Part shown: piece by piece, positions 61,671-64,000 of the stretch
Layout: every line of letters begins with the position of its first letter
How positions within the stretch are numbered: the first letter of the stretch is position 1
Source: an uncultured candidate division Zixibacteria bacterium
GTDB lineage: Bacteria; Zixibacteria; MSB-5A5; GN15; PGXB01
NCBI GenBank assembly: GCA_963702205.1
Contig: OY969724.1
Coordinates: 320,001 to 384,000, forward strand
DNA: 64,000 nt
Direction: 5' to 3'
Translations under genes and position numbers: made by a program
Notes under the pieces: model-generated
What the model was told of the DNA's origin: nothing
What the model saw: the letters and a program-made list of their open reading frames with translations, nothing else
The model's database searches: none

Positions 61671-63970
61671 CTATTGGATATTTTCCAGGCGGTGCAGGCG
61701 CCTAAGAGCGTCTTCCCGGTCCGCCGAGGACCGGTCGATATTTTTCCAGAGATCAACAAATCGCCTGTAATACTTGGCGGCGTCTTCGGTGCGGCCGACC
61801 TCTTCGTACGCCAAACCCAGATAATAGTACCTGCTTGACACCCCAGACGCCGAAATACAGCGGCCAGCAGTGATTGTATTTTTTCAGCAGCGGTTCGTAA
61901 ACCTCGATCGCCTCTTCTGTCCGGCCAGCCTTTTGCAGCGAACGTGCCAGCATGAATTCCGAATAAAAATCTGTATTGACTTCGACGACCTGTCGGAAAT
62001 TCTCGACCGCGGCGTCATAATTGCCGCGTACGAAATCTATTGACCCTTCGGCGTAATAGTACCTGATAAGACATGGCCCTGGCGCTGTCCAGATCGTGCT
62101 TGAGCGCGGCGGCGACACTGTCGGCCTCGGGCAAATTCCCGGCCTCTGCCAGCACCTGAACGTAAAACTCCCGCCACCGGTCCGCGCTGCCGGGCGCATA
62201 CCTGCCGAAAAGCTCCACTATTTCTCCCGCCGCCTTAACGGCTTCAGCATTGTTACCCGTTGCAAGGTACATATAGGCTTTGATAAGGTACTTATAAACT
62301 ATTTCCGTTTCAAAAGCGTCGCCCGTCTGTTCCTGCTGGTCGATTTCGATTCCCTGATCCAGACGGTTGAAGGCCTCTCCGAACTCACCCTGTCTCAAAT
62401 ATATGGAGGCCAGAAGCGAACGCGCTGTACTCCGGTCCATTTTTGACGGACTGTCCATTATTTTTCTGATCGTCGACTCGGCTTTGTCATAGTCACCCTT
62501 GAAAATGTACAATATGTCGAGGAAAATCATGGAATTGTAAAAGTCCGGCTTTATCGAAAGCGATTTTTCATACGATGCAATCGCATCATCCAGCAAACCG
62601 TTCTGCATACAGATGTCACCTTTAGTATCGTACGGATTAGCCTGATCGGGTTTCAGTCGGATATATTTATCCACCGCCGCGAGGGCACTGTCAACCTTAC
62701 CGAGATAATTATATCCGTAGGCCATGTAATTGTACGCCGAGGCGAAATCCGGATCGAGGGCGATGGCCTTTTGGGCATAAGCCACCGACTCGTTATACCG
62801 GGAGACACTATAATTATAGACGGCCAACTCATAATAGATCCCTTTGTCTCCCGGAAATCGCAGCGACGCCAATTCCAGCAGTTCAATGGCTTTCCCGTAT
62901 TCTCTCCTGGTTGCTTCGGCAAAGGCATAAATAAGAAATTTCTCCCTGGTCCCGGTTCGGTCGGAATATTTTTCGGCCTGATCTATATGATACTGACGTT
63001 TTTCGCCCCGGCCCAATCGCGCCAGATAGTAATGTACCATGGCGAAGGTCGAATCATAACTCAGAGCCCTTTCGAAACTAGCCCGGGCGTCATCATAATA
63101 TGCGTTTGAATACTGGTCTTTTCCCTCAATGAAGTAAAAATACGCTTTTTGCGAATGGGTCGTGAAATCGGCGACCGGGCGACCCGATTCATTCAGGGCT
63201 TTTTGCGGAAGAGTCAGTTCTTCCTTTATGAGCGCGGCCAGAGAATCGATCAGTGCGAATACTTCCTCGCCCTCTTTTCCAGTGATTGTCGTGCTGCCAA
63301 CAATGCTTTCCGTGGCGATTTTCGCAATACGGGTCGAAATAACTATGGCCGGCTCTTCCCTCAAAATAGTCCCGGTCAGCACCCATTTGGCTCCTGCTTG
63401 GCGCGCCTGTTCCATCATTTCGAATTGTACCCGAGCCGAGTCCCGATAACCCGCAGAGGACACGCCGGTATCCGCGATCGGCCTGAGTGGTACTATCTGC
63501 AAATAATCCGATTCCGCGAGGTCTGATGTCAGCAGACTGCCGCAAATCTCACCGAGGCGTTTTGCATCTCCGGGGTCGGCCATATTGACGAACGGTGCAA
63601 TCGCCAGCCGATTTTCCGACGCGATAACTTCATTGGTCGGATGAATCTTGATTTCCCAGGGCTGCACTATAAGAAAGATCAGAAATACGGCCGCCGCGGC
63701 GAAAACCGGGACGAATTTCATAATACGCGATTTCTTCTTGGTTTCCGTAGCGGTAGACGCCTGCTCGGAGTCCAGCTCCGCCACGAACCTGCGGATATCG
63801 GGATCGTGCTTCAAAAGCCGCACCGCCTCCTCGAAACTTCCGGCTTCGGCCATAAGCTCGTCGTTTTCCAGAAGATATATTTCCAACTGCCGGCGTTCGT
63901 CCTCGGTCAACAAACCGAGTTCGTAAGCCATCAACAGGTCGTCGAGATTTTTTTCGCGTTCGTCGGCCAT
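61671..63970 (-). CDS. Anti-sigma-like membrane protein with TolB-N/FlgO-like domain and TPR repeats (two +1 frameshifts at ~62062 and ~61830)
   Basis: N-terminal LLMAYELGLLTEDERRQLEIYL (zf-HC2-like, without the zinc ligands), one TM, LAIAPFVN domain, many TPRs. The span is 2300 bp = 766 codons + 2 extra bases; the repaired frame reads SYQ-YYYAEG and VKQ-YYYLGLAYEE. Confidence 0.85.
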
Positions 63971-64000
63971 CTATTCGGCTCTTTTCTTTTCGAGGCATTC
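63971..64000 (-). CDS. 3' end of an upstream gene (possibly an ECF sigma factor), partial
   Basis: Reads ECLEKKRAE*, with the stop abutting the ATG of the anti-sigma-like gene; identity inferred only from context. Confidence 0.35.
   Translation of the reverse strand, partial: ECLEKKRAE

Overview
Bacterial genomic window, most likely candidate phylum Zixibacteria or a related FCB lineage (inferred from the dockerin-tailed giant secreted proteins and the Por/FlgD-type tail; not verified). The left ~22 kb is AT-rich and island-like. It carries an AEP primase/P-loop replication gene, a J-like/GrpE-like/Hsp70 operon, DUF6717, two FG-GAP/TSP3/dockerin secreted proteins (one 2989 aa with a serine hydrolase domain) and a RusA-like gene. 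The GC-richer remainder holds an azurin, a TonB-dependent receptor preceded by a CxxC/RAPP leader ORF, a cytidylate-kinase-like/TauE/two-component cluster, two gene remnants and a GTAG-type REP cluster. It also holds a 2959-aa beta-helix/dockerin protein, a sigma54-type promoter ahead of gdhA plus two PPDK_N-only genes (one fused to a nucleotidyltransferase), a convergent metallophosphoesterase, a ~2680-aa vWA/Cys-rich repeat/cohesin-like/dockerin protein and an anti-sigma-like TPR protein. All three frameshifts found fall at the same CAGGTAC heptamer. No rRNA, tRNA, CRISPR array, integrase or transposase was recognised. All domain calls are by eye from motifs; no searches were run.
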